A model generated the notes under the pieces. It did no database searches. It worked only from the letters and a program-made list of their open reading frames with translations, and was not told the DNA's origin. The position numbers and the translations under genes were made by a program. From Candidatus Saccharimonadia bacterium (GTDB lineage: Bacteria; Patescibacteriota; Saccharimonadia; CAILAD01; BJGX01), in NCBI GenBank assembly GCA_039738615.1, contig JBCLLP010000003.1, positions 1 through 46,366 of the forward strand: 46,366 nt of DNA, given 5' to 3'. Below, piece after piece: positions 27,304-37,094 of this stretch (the first letter of the stretch is position 1; every line of letters begins with the position of its first letter).

Positions 27304-27463
27304 ACTGGACTTACGTAAAGTAGGACATTTTCTGGGGTATATCTGAGGTAGCGAAAACTTTTATGTTTTCACGAAGGGTAGCCGTAGCTACATTGAGAGA
27401 AAAATAAGAATTTGTAGCTGGTCAGATTTGGCTCAGGAATGGGCTATCTTGCATAAGTCCAGT
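27304..27463 (+). repeat. Palindromic element copy 4, diverged, 160 bp
   Basis: Terminal IR ACTGGACTTA/TAAGTCCAGT, shared TTTGTAGC.GGTCAGATTTGGC block, apical GTAGC-CGTA-GCTAC. Confidence 0.85.
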
Positions 27464-27548
27464 ATGATAATTTTGGCCCGGAGCCTACTAGCTAACTAGA
27501 AAGTAATTTTAGCCATTCAGCCCTTAAGCAGTTACAATATACTTAAAT

Positions 27549-29909
27549 ATGAAAAATTCCATCACCAAAATTGTAATCAAAGAATCCCTCCCAATATTGC
27601 TACGAAACCTGTTCTCACTTGTGGTGATAATTATCGGTGGGCTGTCAATTATACTAATAGTGTTAGGCAACAGTCGCGATGGGGTATTTTTAATTGCAGT
27701 ACTAGCGATTAATATCATACTTGGTATAGTCCAGGAATTAAGAGCCAAAATTGCTCTAGAAAAACTTCAGGCCCTAGCCAGAGTTCAATACCATATCACT
27801 AGCTCCGGCCAAAAGTCCGTGGTTTATAGTGATGAGATTAGGCCTGGCGATATAGTTGAGCTAAAGCTTGGCGATCAATGCCCCGTAGATGGCCAAATAA
27901 AATATTCAAATGGTTGTGAGTGTAATGATGCCCTACTAACTGGTGAATCAGAAAACATTTCCAAGTCTGAGGGTGACACGCTACTGGCTGGCAGTATTAT
28001 TGTGGCCGGCACCGTCAGTATTGAGGCCAAAAAAATTGAACAGCAAAGCTACCTTGCCTTAATGACTAAGGATCTTAAAAAATACCAACTATCAACTTCA
28101 CCTATCCAGTCAAGCATCCTACACTTCATACAAATAATGGCCCTTGCACTAGCGGTCATTGCCGTTATTATAATAATTGAAACTCTACTAAGTGGGGAAA
28201 CAATCCTTAGTGGATTCACGCAAATCGCCGCGATTGCCGCTACCATAATAGCCGAAGGGTTACTATTGGCTAGTACCGCTTTTTTTGTATACGGATCCAT
28301 TAGAATGGCCACCAAGAAGGTGCTTGTTCAGCAAATAAACGCCATCGAAAAATTAGGCCGAATGGCAATTGTTTGTATCGATAAGACTGGCACGCTAACA
28401 GAGAACTCACCTGTCTTTGATGAGTTTATAGCCTACGATAGCGATAGTGATAAAAAGCTACGCCAATACACTGCCACTTACCTAGCTAGTGAGTCATCCC
28501 AGACGGCCACCAATAATGCTCTTAAGGGTTGTGCCGGTAAGGCCCGAGCACTCAAGACCTCCGAGCTATTACCTTTTTCCTCTGCTCGCAAGTATTCTGC
28601 CTTCAGGATTTTTGGGAGTTCTAGCTTTGTGGTAATAGGAGCTAGCGAGAGCTTTATCCATAAGCTAGGTACTGAGCAACAAAAATGGCTCAACACCAAA
28701 ATCCAAGAGTTATCCAAATCTGCCAAAAGAGTACTCTTCGTTGCTAGAGCCGATAGTGGCAAGCTAGATGATATCAGCACCATCCGAGGTCTGGAGATAG
28801 TTGGGTTGGTGGTATTATCCAACCCGCTCAAAGCTTCCACAGCTAGTACAATTAGCCTTTTACAAAACCGGGGCGTACAAGTCGTTGTTATCTCTGGAGA
28901 TAGCCAGCACACCGTACTAGCAATAGCCAACTTGGCAAAAATAAATCATGGCAAAGATGTCATAACGGGCCCGATGCTCGATAAAATTAACGACGCCGAG
29001 CTAGCAATATTATTAACCCACAAGCCTCTCTTTGCCAGAATACTGCCGGCCCAAAAACAACGCATAGTTGAAGCGGCTCAGGCCAGCGGTGCGATCGTAG
29101 CAATGATTGGTGACGGAGCAAATGATGCTCTGGCGATTAAAAAAGCAGATATTGGCATAGCCATGTTTGATGGAGCGCCAGCCACTAGACAAATAGCTGA
29201 TGTGGTATTAGTCAATAATTCCTTCTCGGCCATACCTAGGGGAATTGAGCTCTCTGATAGTATTATTACCACATTAGAAATGGTAGCTTGCTTATTCTTT
29301 ACTCGCGTATGGTCCGGGATTTTGATAATTTTTGGGTCATTAGTGCTAGCTAGCGACTACCCATTCTCTCCTCGTAATATTACGCTACTCAATATTTTTA
29401 TAATAAGCTTCCCGCTACTGCTTTGGCTATTGCAACCTCGCCACCGTGATAGAAGTGTTAATGAGCTAAGCTTCTTGCAGCGAACTCTACCGTTCTCTAT
29501 AATGAACGCCCTTTTAATAGCTACTTTTAGCCTACTATCTTTTGTATTACTAAAAAGTTTGTTATTACTTAGTGGTACTGCTCTTAATATGGGTACGCTT
29601 GTAATTTTTATGGTGATGAGTATTTATTCAATAGCAATAATTCCTGACGCCATCGGCGCCGACAAATCAGCATCTCAGCAAAGAATTATCTATGGTAGTT
29701 TTATCGGCATTGCCTTTATGATGTTTGGATTATTTATGTTTCCAGCACTTGGCTCAATTTTTAGTATTGAGCCAATTAGCCTTGAGGTGGCCGGCCTGGC
29801 ACTGGCCATATCCTTACTTGGAATGGGGGCCCAATACCTAGCCATGCGCACAAATCTTGGTAATCGGCTATGGCTAAGGCTAAAAAATACTCCCCGTCAA
29901 ACTAGCTAG
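27549..29909 (+). CDS. Cation-transporting P-type ATPase (CtpE-like)
   Basis: LTGES, CIDKTGTLTEN, FSSARK, ISGD, MIGDGAND motifs. Confidence 0.93.
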   Translation: MKNSITKIVIKESLPILLRNLFSLVVIIIGGLSIILIVLGNSRDGVFLIAVLAINIILGIVQELRAKIALEKLQALARVQYHITSSGQKSVVYSDEIRPGDIVELKLGDQCPVDGQIKYSNGCECNDALLTGESENISKSEGDTLLAGSIIVAGTVSIEAKKIEQQSYLALMTKDLKKYQLSTSPIQSSILHFIQIMALALAVIAVIIIIETLLSGETILSGFTQIAAIAATIIAEGLLLASTAFFVYGSIRMATKKVLVQQINAIEKLGRMAIVCIDKTGTLTENSPVFDEFIAYDSDSDKKLRQYTATYLASESSQTATNNALKGCAGKARALKTSELLPFSSARKYSAFRIFGSSSFVVIGASESFIHKLGTEQQKWLNTKIQELSKSAKRVLFVARADSGKLDDISTIRGLEIVGLVVLSNPLKASTASTISLLQNRGVQVVVISGDSQHTVLAIANLAKINHGKDVITGPMLDKINDAELAILLTHKPLFARILPAQKQRIVEAAQASGAIVAMIGDGANDALAIKKADIGIAMFDGAPATRQIADVVLVNNSFSAIPRGIELSDSIITTLEMVACLFFTRVWSGILIIFGSLVLASDYPFSPRNITLLNIFIISFPLLLWLLQPRHRDRSVNELSFLQRTLPFSIMNALLIATFSLLSFVLLKSLLLLSGTALNMGTLVIFMVMSIYSIAIIPDAIGADKSASQQRIIYGSFIGIAFMMFGLFMFPALGSIFSIEPISLEVAGLALAISLLGMGAQYLAMRTNLGNRLWLRLKNTPRQTS

Positions 29910-29919
29910 AAGTATTAAT

Positions 29920-30444
29920 TTACTTTGTGACTCCCCCACAAGTTTGTGGCGACCAAAACCCAACTTGCGCTTGTTTAGCTAAGCCCTCAGCTTCCTTGAA
30001 TTGATTTTGGTACTTATAGCTCTGGGAACGATACGTATATTCATGGGCAAAGCCTTCTCTAATGAGCCCTAAATTAACCAACTCACTATTAAGCCAAATA
30101 TATGCCAGTAGCCTACCATACCTATCTCGTTCGCCCACTACAGGATCAAACTCTATCCTAACTTTCTGACCTGACAGAAGTTTTTTGGAATTATCGGAGG
30201 CCTCCTTGCCATAACACTGCATGGGTTTACGGGGGTCAAGAGTCTCAGGGGTGTCAAGCCCAATGAATCTAACCTTCTCGGGCTTGCCATAGCGAGTAAT
30301 CTCAATAGTATCACCGTCTATAACTTGCTTAATTTCATAGATATCCTGGGCTAGGGCTGGTGGTTTATCATTAAATTTAGGGCTCACTATTAGACCTAGA
30401 ACAATCAGCGCTAGCCCACCAAATACTAGTTTTCTTTTACTCAC
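29920..30444 (-). CDS. Thermonuclease (SNase) family protein with N-terminal anchor
   Basis: VIDGDT, VRFIGLDTPE, DRYGRLLAY, A+…GFW. Confidence 0.93.
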   Translation of the reverse strand: MSKRKLVFGGLALIVLGLIVSPKFNDKPPALAQDIYEIKQVIDGDTIEITRYGKPEKVRFIGLDTPETLDPRKPMQCYGKEASDNSKKLLSGQKVRIEFDPVVGERDRYGRLLAYIWLNSELVNLGLIREGFAHEYTYRSQSYKYQNQFKEAEGLAKQAQVGFWSPQTCGGVTK

Positions 30445-31571
30445 TATACTAGCTCTTCTTCTTTTAACACTCGCCCTCTTCGCCTGATATAGACGCTCTC
30501 CACGATACCCACCGCAAGTAAGCTAACCATTAGGCTGGTGCCACCAGCAGATATAAATGGCAGGGGAATTCCGGTGACAGGCATAATGCCTAAATTCATA
30601 CCAATGTTAATTAAGACATGCACAATAAACATCGTGGCGATTCCAATACAGAGCAGACTACCAAAACGATCTTGACTTTTGCTGGCGTCAATCACCATTC
30701 TAACGATTACTGCTACAAATAATAATATTACGACTATGCCACCAGCAAAACCAAGCTTTTCCGATAAGACAGCAAAAATAAAATCAGTGTGCGAGCTGGG
30801 CAGAAAATTACCCTGGCTCTGACCTCCCGATCCTAATCCCTGGCCTGTCAGCCCACCTGACCCTACGGCAATAATGGCTTGATTAACATTGTAGCCTGCT
30901 CCGCCAGGATCGGCGGTAGGTTGTAAGAATGTACTAACGCGTTGACGCTGATAGGATTGGAGCCTAGGATAAATAATCGGTACAGAGACTACCAATAATA
31001 CTAATAAGCCAAGGATATATAGCTTTTTAACCTTGATAGATAATGTCATCACTACCCATATTGACCCCATCACTACTGCTGTGCCCAAATCTGGCTGCAC
31101 TAGTACCAAGAATATTGCCGGAAGAGAGTATATTATAGACCTCACTAAAAACCTCAGCTGATTGGTAAAGTCAAAATTTTGAGCATACATCTTGGCCAAT
31201 ACAATAATTAGTATTAACTTAGCTAACTCTGATGGCTGAAATTGAAAAGGCCCCATGGCAATCCAACGAGTAGCACCCAGCCTAGTGGCGCCAAAAATCT
31301 CCACAGCCAAGAGTGAGACCAGCATAAAAACATACAATACGCCGCTATAGTTTCGTAATATTCGGTAGTCATTTCTGGACGCAACTACTAGTAATAATAG
31401 CCCTATAAGGGCATAGACTATTTGTCTTGTAGTATCTAGCTGATTGGATACCTGTTTGGCCTTAATGCCTAATGAATACAATACTATTAAGCCCAGCACT
31501 ACCAATAAGGTCGAGCCAGCCAGTAATAGATTGTCATAATTACCAAGCCTACCCAGCGACCTACGATTCAT
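30444..31571 (-). CDS. rodA: SEDS peptidoglycan glycosyltransferase RodA
   Basis: GATRWI, FQPSELAK, QPDLGT, YQRQR, GSGGLTG.G, HTDFIF, PVTGIPLPFIS.GG. Start at ATG 31571 with GGAG RBS. Confidence 0.9.
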   Translation of the reverse strand: MNRRSLGRLGNYDNLLLAGSTLLVVLGLIVLYSLGIKAKQVSNQLDTTRQIVYALIGLLLLVVASRNDYRILRNYSGVLYVFMLVSLLAVEIFGATRLGATRWIAMGPFQFQPSELAKLILIIVLAKMYAQNFDFTNQLRFLVRSIIYSLPAIFLVLVQPDLGTAVVMGSIWVVMTLSIKVKKLYILGLLVLLVVSVPIIYPRLQSYQRQRVSTFLQPTADPGGAGYNVNQAIIAVGSGGLTGQGLGSGGQSQGNFLPSSHTDFIFAVLSEKLGFAGGIVVILLFVAVIVRMVIDASKSQDRFGSLLCIGIATMFIVHVLINIGMNLGIMPVTGIPLPFISAGGTSLMVSLLAVGIVESVYIRRRGRVLKEEELV

Positions 31572-34464
31572 ATTTCTCCAGTTCAATAGTTAATTCCTGG
31601 CCATCAATATTGGCGCTTTTTGTGAACTTATACGATTTTTTGGTGGGTGAGAAATCTTTTGAAAGTGTTTCCTGGGCTATCATATCCTGGAACTCACCTA
31701 CAGCCAGATTAATTTTTTTAGATGAACTAATAACAGCCAGTTTAATGCGGTTTTCTACCAACAATCCAGCCTCCTTGCGTGATGACTGGATATTACGGAT
31801 TATATCCCTAGCCGTACCCTCATTGCTTAATGATTGAGTAATATGTGTGTCCAGTATCACTGATGATTTTTGAGATTTTTTAGCCAGCACCTTTTTTACA
31901 TTGAGTTCCTCGGCAATAATTAGCAGTAGTGCGCCCTCTAACTCGCTAGGGCCGGCTACTACCGCCTGGCTAAGTGGCTGTCTGACCTTAATCTTAGCCT
32001 CTGCGCGAGCAGCCAAGCCATCATTCACATAAGCCCTAACTAGCTCCATATTAGCCAATGCATCCTCGCCAATCGTGCCGGCTTTGGGCCAGCTAGAAAG
32101 GTGGACTGATTGCGGTGCAGGCGCAATATCGGCAGTCAAATGACGATACAGCCAATCACTCATAAAAGGTGCCCAGGGAGCTAGTAATTGACAGGTAGTT
32201 AATAGTGCCCAGTGAAGTGTTTTGTAAGCTTCCAGCTTATCGCTGTCATCCTCTGATTTCCAGAATCGTCGTCTACTTCTACGCACATACCAATTAGAAA
32301 TATCATCTACTAGCTTATAGATAGGCCAACTAGCCTTGCTAAGCTCATAGCAATCAGCCCCGTCAGTAGTAGCTATAATCGTTTGATTAACCCTTGCCAC
32401 CAGCCAGCTATCTAGCGGGTTGGTAAGCTTTGTGGGTGCATCCAGGCTAGTAGGCTCCCAGCTGTCAATTTCGGTATACATACATAAAAAAGACGCGCTA
32501 TTGTAAAGTGTCATAAATAAATTACGGCTGATATCCTTAACGGCATCCCTATCAAAACGCATATAATCAGCTGATACTGCTGGCATGCTTGAGAGCAAAT
32601 AATAACGCAACGCATCAGCTCCTTCAAGGTTAAATACCTCGCTAATTGGAGGATAGTTCTGAAGCCTTTTGCTAAGCTTTTGGCCGTCTGGAGCTAAAAT
32701 CATTCCATTTACTAGAACATTCTTATAGGCTGGCTTATCAAAGATGATTGTAGAAATTACGTGGAGTACATAGAACCATAGATGCGTTTGATCTAGGCCT
32801 TCCCCTATGTAGTCAGCTGGGAAGCTTGCCTCGAACTCCGTCTTATTGTCAAAGGGGTAGTGTTGCTGAGCAATAGGCATAGCCCCAGATTCGAACCAGC
32901 AGTCTATAACCTCTTCTACTCTGCGGTAGGTCTTAGCGCCTTTTAAAATTATAATATCATCTATAAATGGCCGGTGTAGGTCGCTCAGCTTGGATGTATC
33001 AACGCCAAGGCTAGCCAGCTGGGAGATGCTCTCTATCACGATATAATCTGAGTCGTCTTGCTCATTAACCCAGATAGGGACAGGCGCTCCCCAATAGCGA
33101 TTGCGAGATATTGCCCAGTCCCTAGCACCCCCAAGCCATTTGCCAAAACGCCCATCCTTAATGTGCCCCGGAGACCAATTAATTTCCTTGGCAGTGTCTT
33201 GAAGTTGTTTTTGGATCTTTGATACGGCTATAAACCATGTATCAATTGCATAATATAATAGTGGAGCTTCACATCGATAACAGAATGGATAAGTATGCTG
33301 AAAAGTTTCTGCAATATAAATCATCCCCTTCTCGGTGAGCTGTTCAATCACAGCTCGGTCGGCTCCCTTGAAAAACTTACCCTCAAAGCCGTCTAGCCCA
33401 ATACCTAGCTTAACCTTACCATCTGGCTCAATGGTATTAAGAACAGCTATATTATTTGTCTGGCAATGAACAAGGTCGTCCTCGCCAAAAGCTGGTGCTA
33501 TGTGCAGGACCCCCGTTCCTTCCTCAATACTTACAAAATCGGCAGACCAGACTCTATACAGATTTTTATTGTCCTCTATGCCCGCTAGGGCAAATAATGG
33601 CTGATAACTTTTGCCTACCAAATCTAGCCCAGTCAGTTGCGTGAGTACTTCATAATTTTCTGAACTAAGAGACTCTAGCCGTGACTTAGCTAGTATCAGC
33701 TTCTCTTCAATACCCTTGTCTTTAACTAGGACCGTAACATACTCTGCATCTGCCTTTACGGCTAGGGCGGTATTGCCGGGCAAACTCCAGGGAGTGGTAG
33801 TCCAGACTAGCAAGCTCGCAGTCTCATCCTTAAGCTTGAACTTCACATAAACACTAGGGTCGGTAATGTCGTCTTTGTAGCCTTCATTGAGCTCAAAATT
33901 ACTTAGTGGAGTTTCGCATCTGGGGCAATACGGCATGCACTTATAACCCTTATAAATTAAGCCTTTATCGTATATTTGCTTAAACGCCCACCAAACCGAT
34001 TCGGTATAGCTAATATCAATGGTGGCGTAGGCATTCTCCTTGTCAGTCCAGCGTCCAATGCGATCAAAATAATCTTCCCATTCTCTCTTGTATGAAAAAA
34101 CAGAATCTCGACAACCCTGATTAAATTTACCTATACCATACTCTAAAATTTGTTTTTTACCAGAAATGTTTAATTGCTTTTCTATCGCAAACTCTACTGG
34201 TAGACCATGGCCGTCCCAGCCATTGCGCCGGGACACATACCGACCCTGCATAGTCCGGTAGCGACCAATAGAGTCTTTAATACTCGTGACTAGGCTGTGC
34301 CCAAAATGTGGTAGGCCATTAGCAAAAGGTGGCCCATCATAGAAGATAAACGGCTGGCCCTTTTTGGTCTGCTCCAGGGATTTTGTAAATGTCTGCTCTT
34401 GCTCCCATACTTGGAGCATCTCCTCTTCTATAGAATTAGCTTGATATGGTGGTAGTTTTTTCAT
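31561..34464 (-). CDS. ileS: Isoleucyl-tRNA synthetase, type 2 (IleRS2)
   Basis: DGPPFANGLPHFGH, WTTTPW, DWAISRNRYWG, KLSKRLQN, SNWYVRRSRRRFW. Start ATG 34464; the longer ORF-track start lies inside the T-box. Confidence 0.97.
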   Translation of the reverse strand: MKKLPPYQANSIEEEMLQVWEQEQTFTKSLEQTKKGQPFIFYDGPPFANGLPHFGHSLVTSIKDSIGRYRTMQGRYVSRRNGWDGHGLPVEFAIEKQLNISGKKQILEYGIGKFNQGCRDSVFSYKREWEDYFDRIGRWTDKENAYATIDISYTESVWWAFKQIYDKGLIYKGYKCMPYCPRCETPLSNFELNEGYKDDITDPSVYVKFKLKDETASLLVWTTTPWSLPGNTALAVKADAEYVTVLVKDKGIEEKLILAKSRLESLSSENYEVLTQLTGLDLVGKSYQPLFALAGIEDNKNLYRVWSADFVSIEEGTGVLHIAPAFGEDDLVHCQTNNIAVLNTIEPDGKVKLGIGLDGFEGKFFKGADRAVIEQLTEKGMIYIAETFQHTYPFCYRCEAPLLYYAIDTWFIAVSKIQKQLQDTAKEINWSPGHIKDGRFGKWLGGARDWAISRNRYWGAPVPIWVNEQDDSDYIVIESISQLASLGVDTSKLSDLHRPFIDDIIILKGAKTYRRVEEVIDCWFESGAMPIAQQHYPFDNKTEFEASFPADYIGEGLDQTHLWFYVLHVISTIIFDKPAYKNVLVNGMILAPDGQKLSKRLQNYPPISEVFNLEGADALRYYLLSSMPAVSADYMRFDRDAVKDISRNLFMTLYNSASFLCMYTEIDSWEPTSLDAPTKLTNPLDSWLVARVNQTIIATTDGADCYELSKASWPIYKLVDDISNWYVRRSRRRFWKSEDDSDKLEAYKTLHWALLTTCQLLAPWAPFMSDWLYRHLTADIAPAPQSVHLSSWPKAGTIGEDALANMELVRAYVNDGLAARAEAKIKVRQPLSQAVVAGPSELEGALLLIIAEELNVKKVLAKKSQKSSVILDTHITQSLSNEGTARDIIRNIQSSRKEAGLLVENRIKLAVISSSKKINLAVGEFQDMIAQETLSKDFSPTKKSYKFTKSANIDGQELTIELEKYES

Positions 34465-34483
34465 ATATTTATCCTTTACTAGC

Positions 34484-34718
34484 AAAAAGCACCGCAATAA
34501 TCCGATGTATTTCGGAGCGGTGCCAGGGTTCACAGTAGCTGCGAACGGTACCACCTGACTTTCCCTTTAAAAAAGGGCACTTCATTTTAGAACGCTTACG
34601 TGGTTCATACGGCCAGCTCTACTAACTTTTAACTAAAGGGCTTTCTTCTGGCTATGCTGCGAATTACTCGCACTTACGGCTGATTACCGTTCGTCTATAC
34701 TTTAGAACACTTTCTAGC
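34484..34718 (-). promoter_or_regulatory. T-box riboswitch (Ile, AUC specifier) upstream of ileS
   Basis: -10 TATAAT 34725-34730; ACGG-UAAUCAG-CCGU; Stem II GCCAG/CUGGC with GAA/AGUA S-turn; IIA/B pseudoknot; Stem III; antiterminator CAGG-UGGUACC-GUUCGCA…UGUGAAC-CCUG; GCACCGC/GCGGUGC-U5 hairpin. Confidence 0.88.
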
Positions 34719-34750
34719 ACTATCATTATAGCCCTAAAAATTCATTAATA

Positions 34751-35014
34751 CTAGATAAAGCCGATGGCTTCGTGTAGCTGGTCGCTACTGGGCATATCGC
34801 TCTGCCATATGCCCTGTACGCCACCGTCCTCGCGCAACAATACAAGCGCAGGAACTGATAAAATCTCATAGGTAGATCCCATCTCACTACCTCGACGAGT
34901 ATTGATATCTATCTTGTTTATACTAATACTATTCTGCTTTAGACTAGTGAGCAGTTTTTGAATTTCAATACTTTCTGGGTTATCTATGCCTGACGAGAAT
35001 AATAATGCCTTCAT
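34751..35014 (-). CDS. Thioredoxin/glutaredoxin-like fold protein with no cysteines
   Basis: Trx-like pattern (…YEILSVPALVLL…G), but DNPES occupies the CxxC position; follows nrdR. Confidence 0.55.
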   Translation of the reverse strand: MKALLFSSGIDNPESIEIQKLLTSLKQNSISINKIDINTRRGSEMGSTYEILSVPALVLLREDGGVQGIWQSDMPSSDQLHEAIGFI

Positions 35015-35037
35015 TTATCTATAATAACATAGCAATA

Positions 35038-35496
35038 TTAATTATGAAGTTTCTTGATTTTATTTAATTCCTTCTCAAAGCTACCAATGCTTGTAAAACT
35101 CCGATATACGCTCGCAAATCTTACATACGCCACATCATCGGTAGCTAAAAGCACATCCATGGCTATTTGGCCAAGCCTACGAGTAGCTAACTCAACTTTA
35201 TCTAGCCCTCTCGCCTGGCGTTCTATCTCGGATATAACTTCTTCAATCTTATCGGCTGATACTGGGCGCTTCTCGAATGCTTTATAAATACCTCCTGAAA
35301 GTTTTTGGCGACTAAATAATTCCCTCTCACCACCTTTTTTGATCACCATAAGGTTAGCTACTTCTGGCCTCTCATACGTTGTAAAACGACGGCTACATTC
35401 ACTGCATTCACGACGGCGACGAATAGAAAGTCCATCATCGACCTCTCTAGACTCCAGAACTCTGCTAGTTTGAGCGCTACAGTCAGGACACTTCAC
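35038..35496 (-). CDS. nrdR: Transcriptional repressor NrdR
   Basis: CPDC…VLESR…IRRRREC..C..RFTTYE, ATP-cone, VAYVRFASVYR.F. Confidence 0.97.
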   Translation of the reverse strand: MKCPDCSAQTSRVLESREVDDGLSIRRRRECSECSRRFTTYERPEVANLMVIKKGGERELFSRQKLSGGIYKAFEKRPVSADKIEEVISEIERQARGLDKVELATRRLGQIAMDVLLATDDVAYVRFASVYRSFTSIGSFEKELNKIKKLHN

Positions 35497-35505
35497 CTGG
35501 AATAC

Positions 35506-36840
35506 CTATAATTTCTTTTTAACAATGTTAGGGATTCTGTCGTTGTCGTTGTCATCATTCTTGGGCTCACCAATCTTAACGCCTGTTCTGTCATAGGTTG
35601 GTCGTTCATATTTACTATCATCATCGGGACTCTTTTCTAGGATACTAATGATAGGTTTGTCCGAAATACCCGAAGTTTCCGATTCATCTTTAAATATATC
35701 GGCGTCAAAATCAAGTTCATGATTATCAACGATGCTTTCTTTGATGAATGGGTCATCTTCATCCCTAGGAGATGCTGTAGACCCAAAAGGATCATTCACT
35801 AATAAATCATCATTGCTGGTGGGCAAATCGTCGTCTTGCTCGTCGGTAGGTTCGCTGGGCTGAGCAGGTATGGAGTGAGAATTGTGATCGGTATCAAAGC
35901 CAGTTGCCACAAGCGTTACTCTTATCTCTCCAACCATATCTTCATCAAGGACAGTTCCCCATATAATATTAGCTTCAGGATCAACAGAGTCGTGAATGAG
36001 CTTAGCGGCCTCTTCAATTTCATGCATACCCATATCTCGGCCACCTGTAAAATTGATTAGCACTCCCTTAGCCCCCTGTATGGATATGTCAAGTAAGGGT
36101 GAGTCCATGGCAATTTTTACGGCATCAATTGCTCGAGTCTCTCCAGACCCCTGTCCAATCCCCATTAGTGCCGAGCCGGCATTACTCATAATGGACTTTA
36201 CATCAGCAAAGTCTAGATTCACCAAGCCATTGACGGTAATTAAATCGGCAATACCCTGAACACCCTTCTTTAGTACATCATCAACAGTACTAAAGGCATC
36301 TAGCAGAGTAGTCTTACGATCCACGAGCTGCAATAAATGATCATTAGGAATAACAATTAGCGTGTCTACCTTATCTCTAAGCTCATCAATACCAGCTTCA
36401 GCTATCTTACGCCGGCGAGTGCCTTCAAATGAAAATGGTTTAGTCACAATTGCTACTGTTAGAGCCCCTATCTCTTTGGCGATTCGAGCCACCACCGGAG
36501 CCGCTCCAGTGCCAGTACCACCGCCATAGCCAGCGGTAATAAAAACCATCTCCGAGTGCTTTAAGGCATTAAATATAGCCTCTTCACTCTCTTCGGCAGC
36601 TTGCCTTCCTATTTCAGGGCTAGATCCAGCCCCTAGGCCTCTAGTAGCTTCCTTGCCAATATGAACTTTAATGCTAGCTTGCGAGTGATGAAGGGCCTGA
36701 GCATCCGTATTAACAGCAATAAAATCAATCCCCCTAAGTTTGGATTGAACCATTCCATTAAGGGCATTACCGCCACCGCCGCCAATACCAACAACCCTGA
36801 TACGAGCGAAAGTTTCAATTTCTGGTAGGATTTCTGCCAT
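35506..36840 (-). CDS. ftsZ: Cell division protein FtsZ with long acidic linker
   Basis: [31 protein letters not shown]. Start ATG 36840 with GAGGT RBS. Confidence 0.98.
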   Translation of the reverse strand: MAEILPEIETFARIRVVGIGGGGGNALNGMVQSKLRGIDFIAVNTDAQALHHSQASIKVHIGKEATRGLGAGSSPEIGRQAAEESEEAIFNALKHSEMVFITAGYGGGTGTGAAPVVARIAKEIGALTVAIVTKPFSFEGTRRRKIAEAGIDELRDKVDTLIVIPNDHLLQLVDRKTTLLDAFSTVDDVLKKGVQGIADLITVNGLVNLDFADVKSIMSNAGSALMGIGQGSGETRAIDAVKIAMDSPLLDISIQGAKGVLINFTGGRDMGMHEIEEAAKLIHDSVDPEANIIWGTVLDEDMVGEIRVTLVATGFDTDHNSHSIPAQPSEPTDEQDDDLPTSNDDLLVNDPFGSTASPRDEDDPFIKESIVDNHELDFDADIFKDESETSGISDKPIISILEKSPDDDSKYERPTYDRTGVKIGEPKNDDNDNDRIPNIVKKKL

Positions 36841-36956
36841 ATTTATATACCTCACTTTATTATAATTGCTTGGGAAGGCTTCACGGGCCCTCCAGATACA
36901 TTTGCCTTACCACATACCTTCCCTGCAAACATTGAGTCTACTAAAAAGATACTCTT

Positions 36957-36985
36957 ATTGTACCCGATGCATCTAGCTTATGCAA
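36957..36985 (-). promoter_or_regulatory. Dedicated ftsZ promoter TTGCAT-17-TACAAT
   Basis: -35 at 36980-36985, -10 at 36957-36962. Confidence 0.7.
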
Positions 36986-37071
36986 TATATTTGTTCAAGT
37001 TTTTTTGTTAATTTTAAGCTATAATTAATGTGTTCGTTGTAATAATGATTGTGCTCAATACCCAACAGTTT

Positions 37072-37094
37072 AAAAAAGCCCTGCTACGGGCTTT
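37072..37094 (-). terminator. Intrinsic terminator between ftsA and ftsZ
   Basis: Minus strand AAAGCCC-GTAGCA-GGGCTTTTTT. Confidence 0.75.

Noticed and set aside
14698-27463. Repeats as a CRISPR array or classical REP/BIME cluster
   Set aside because: Copies are 60-162 bp, dispersed kilobases apart, with no spacers and no cas or RAYT gene in the window. Internal GTAG motifs alone are not enough to call them REPs.
34465-34554. 30-aa N-terminal extension of IleRS given in the ORF track
   Set aside because: The upstream GTG lies inside the T-box antiterminator; ATG 34464 has the RBS and gives a normal N-terminus.
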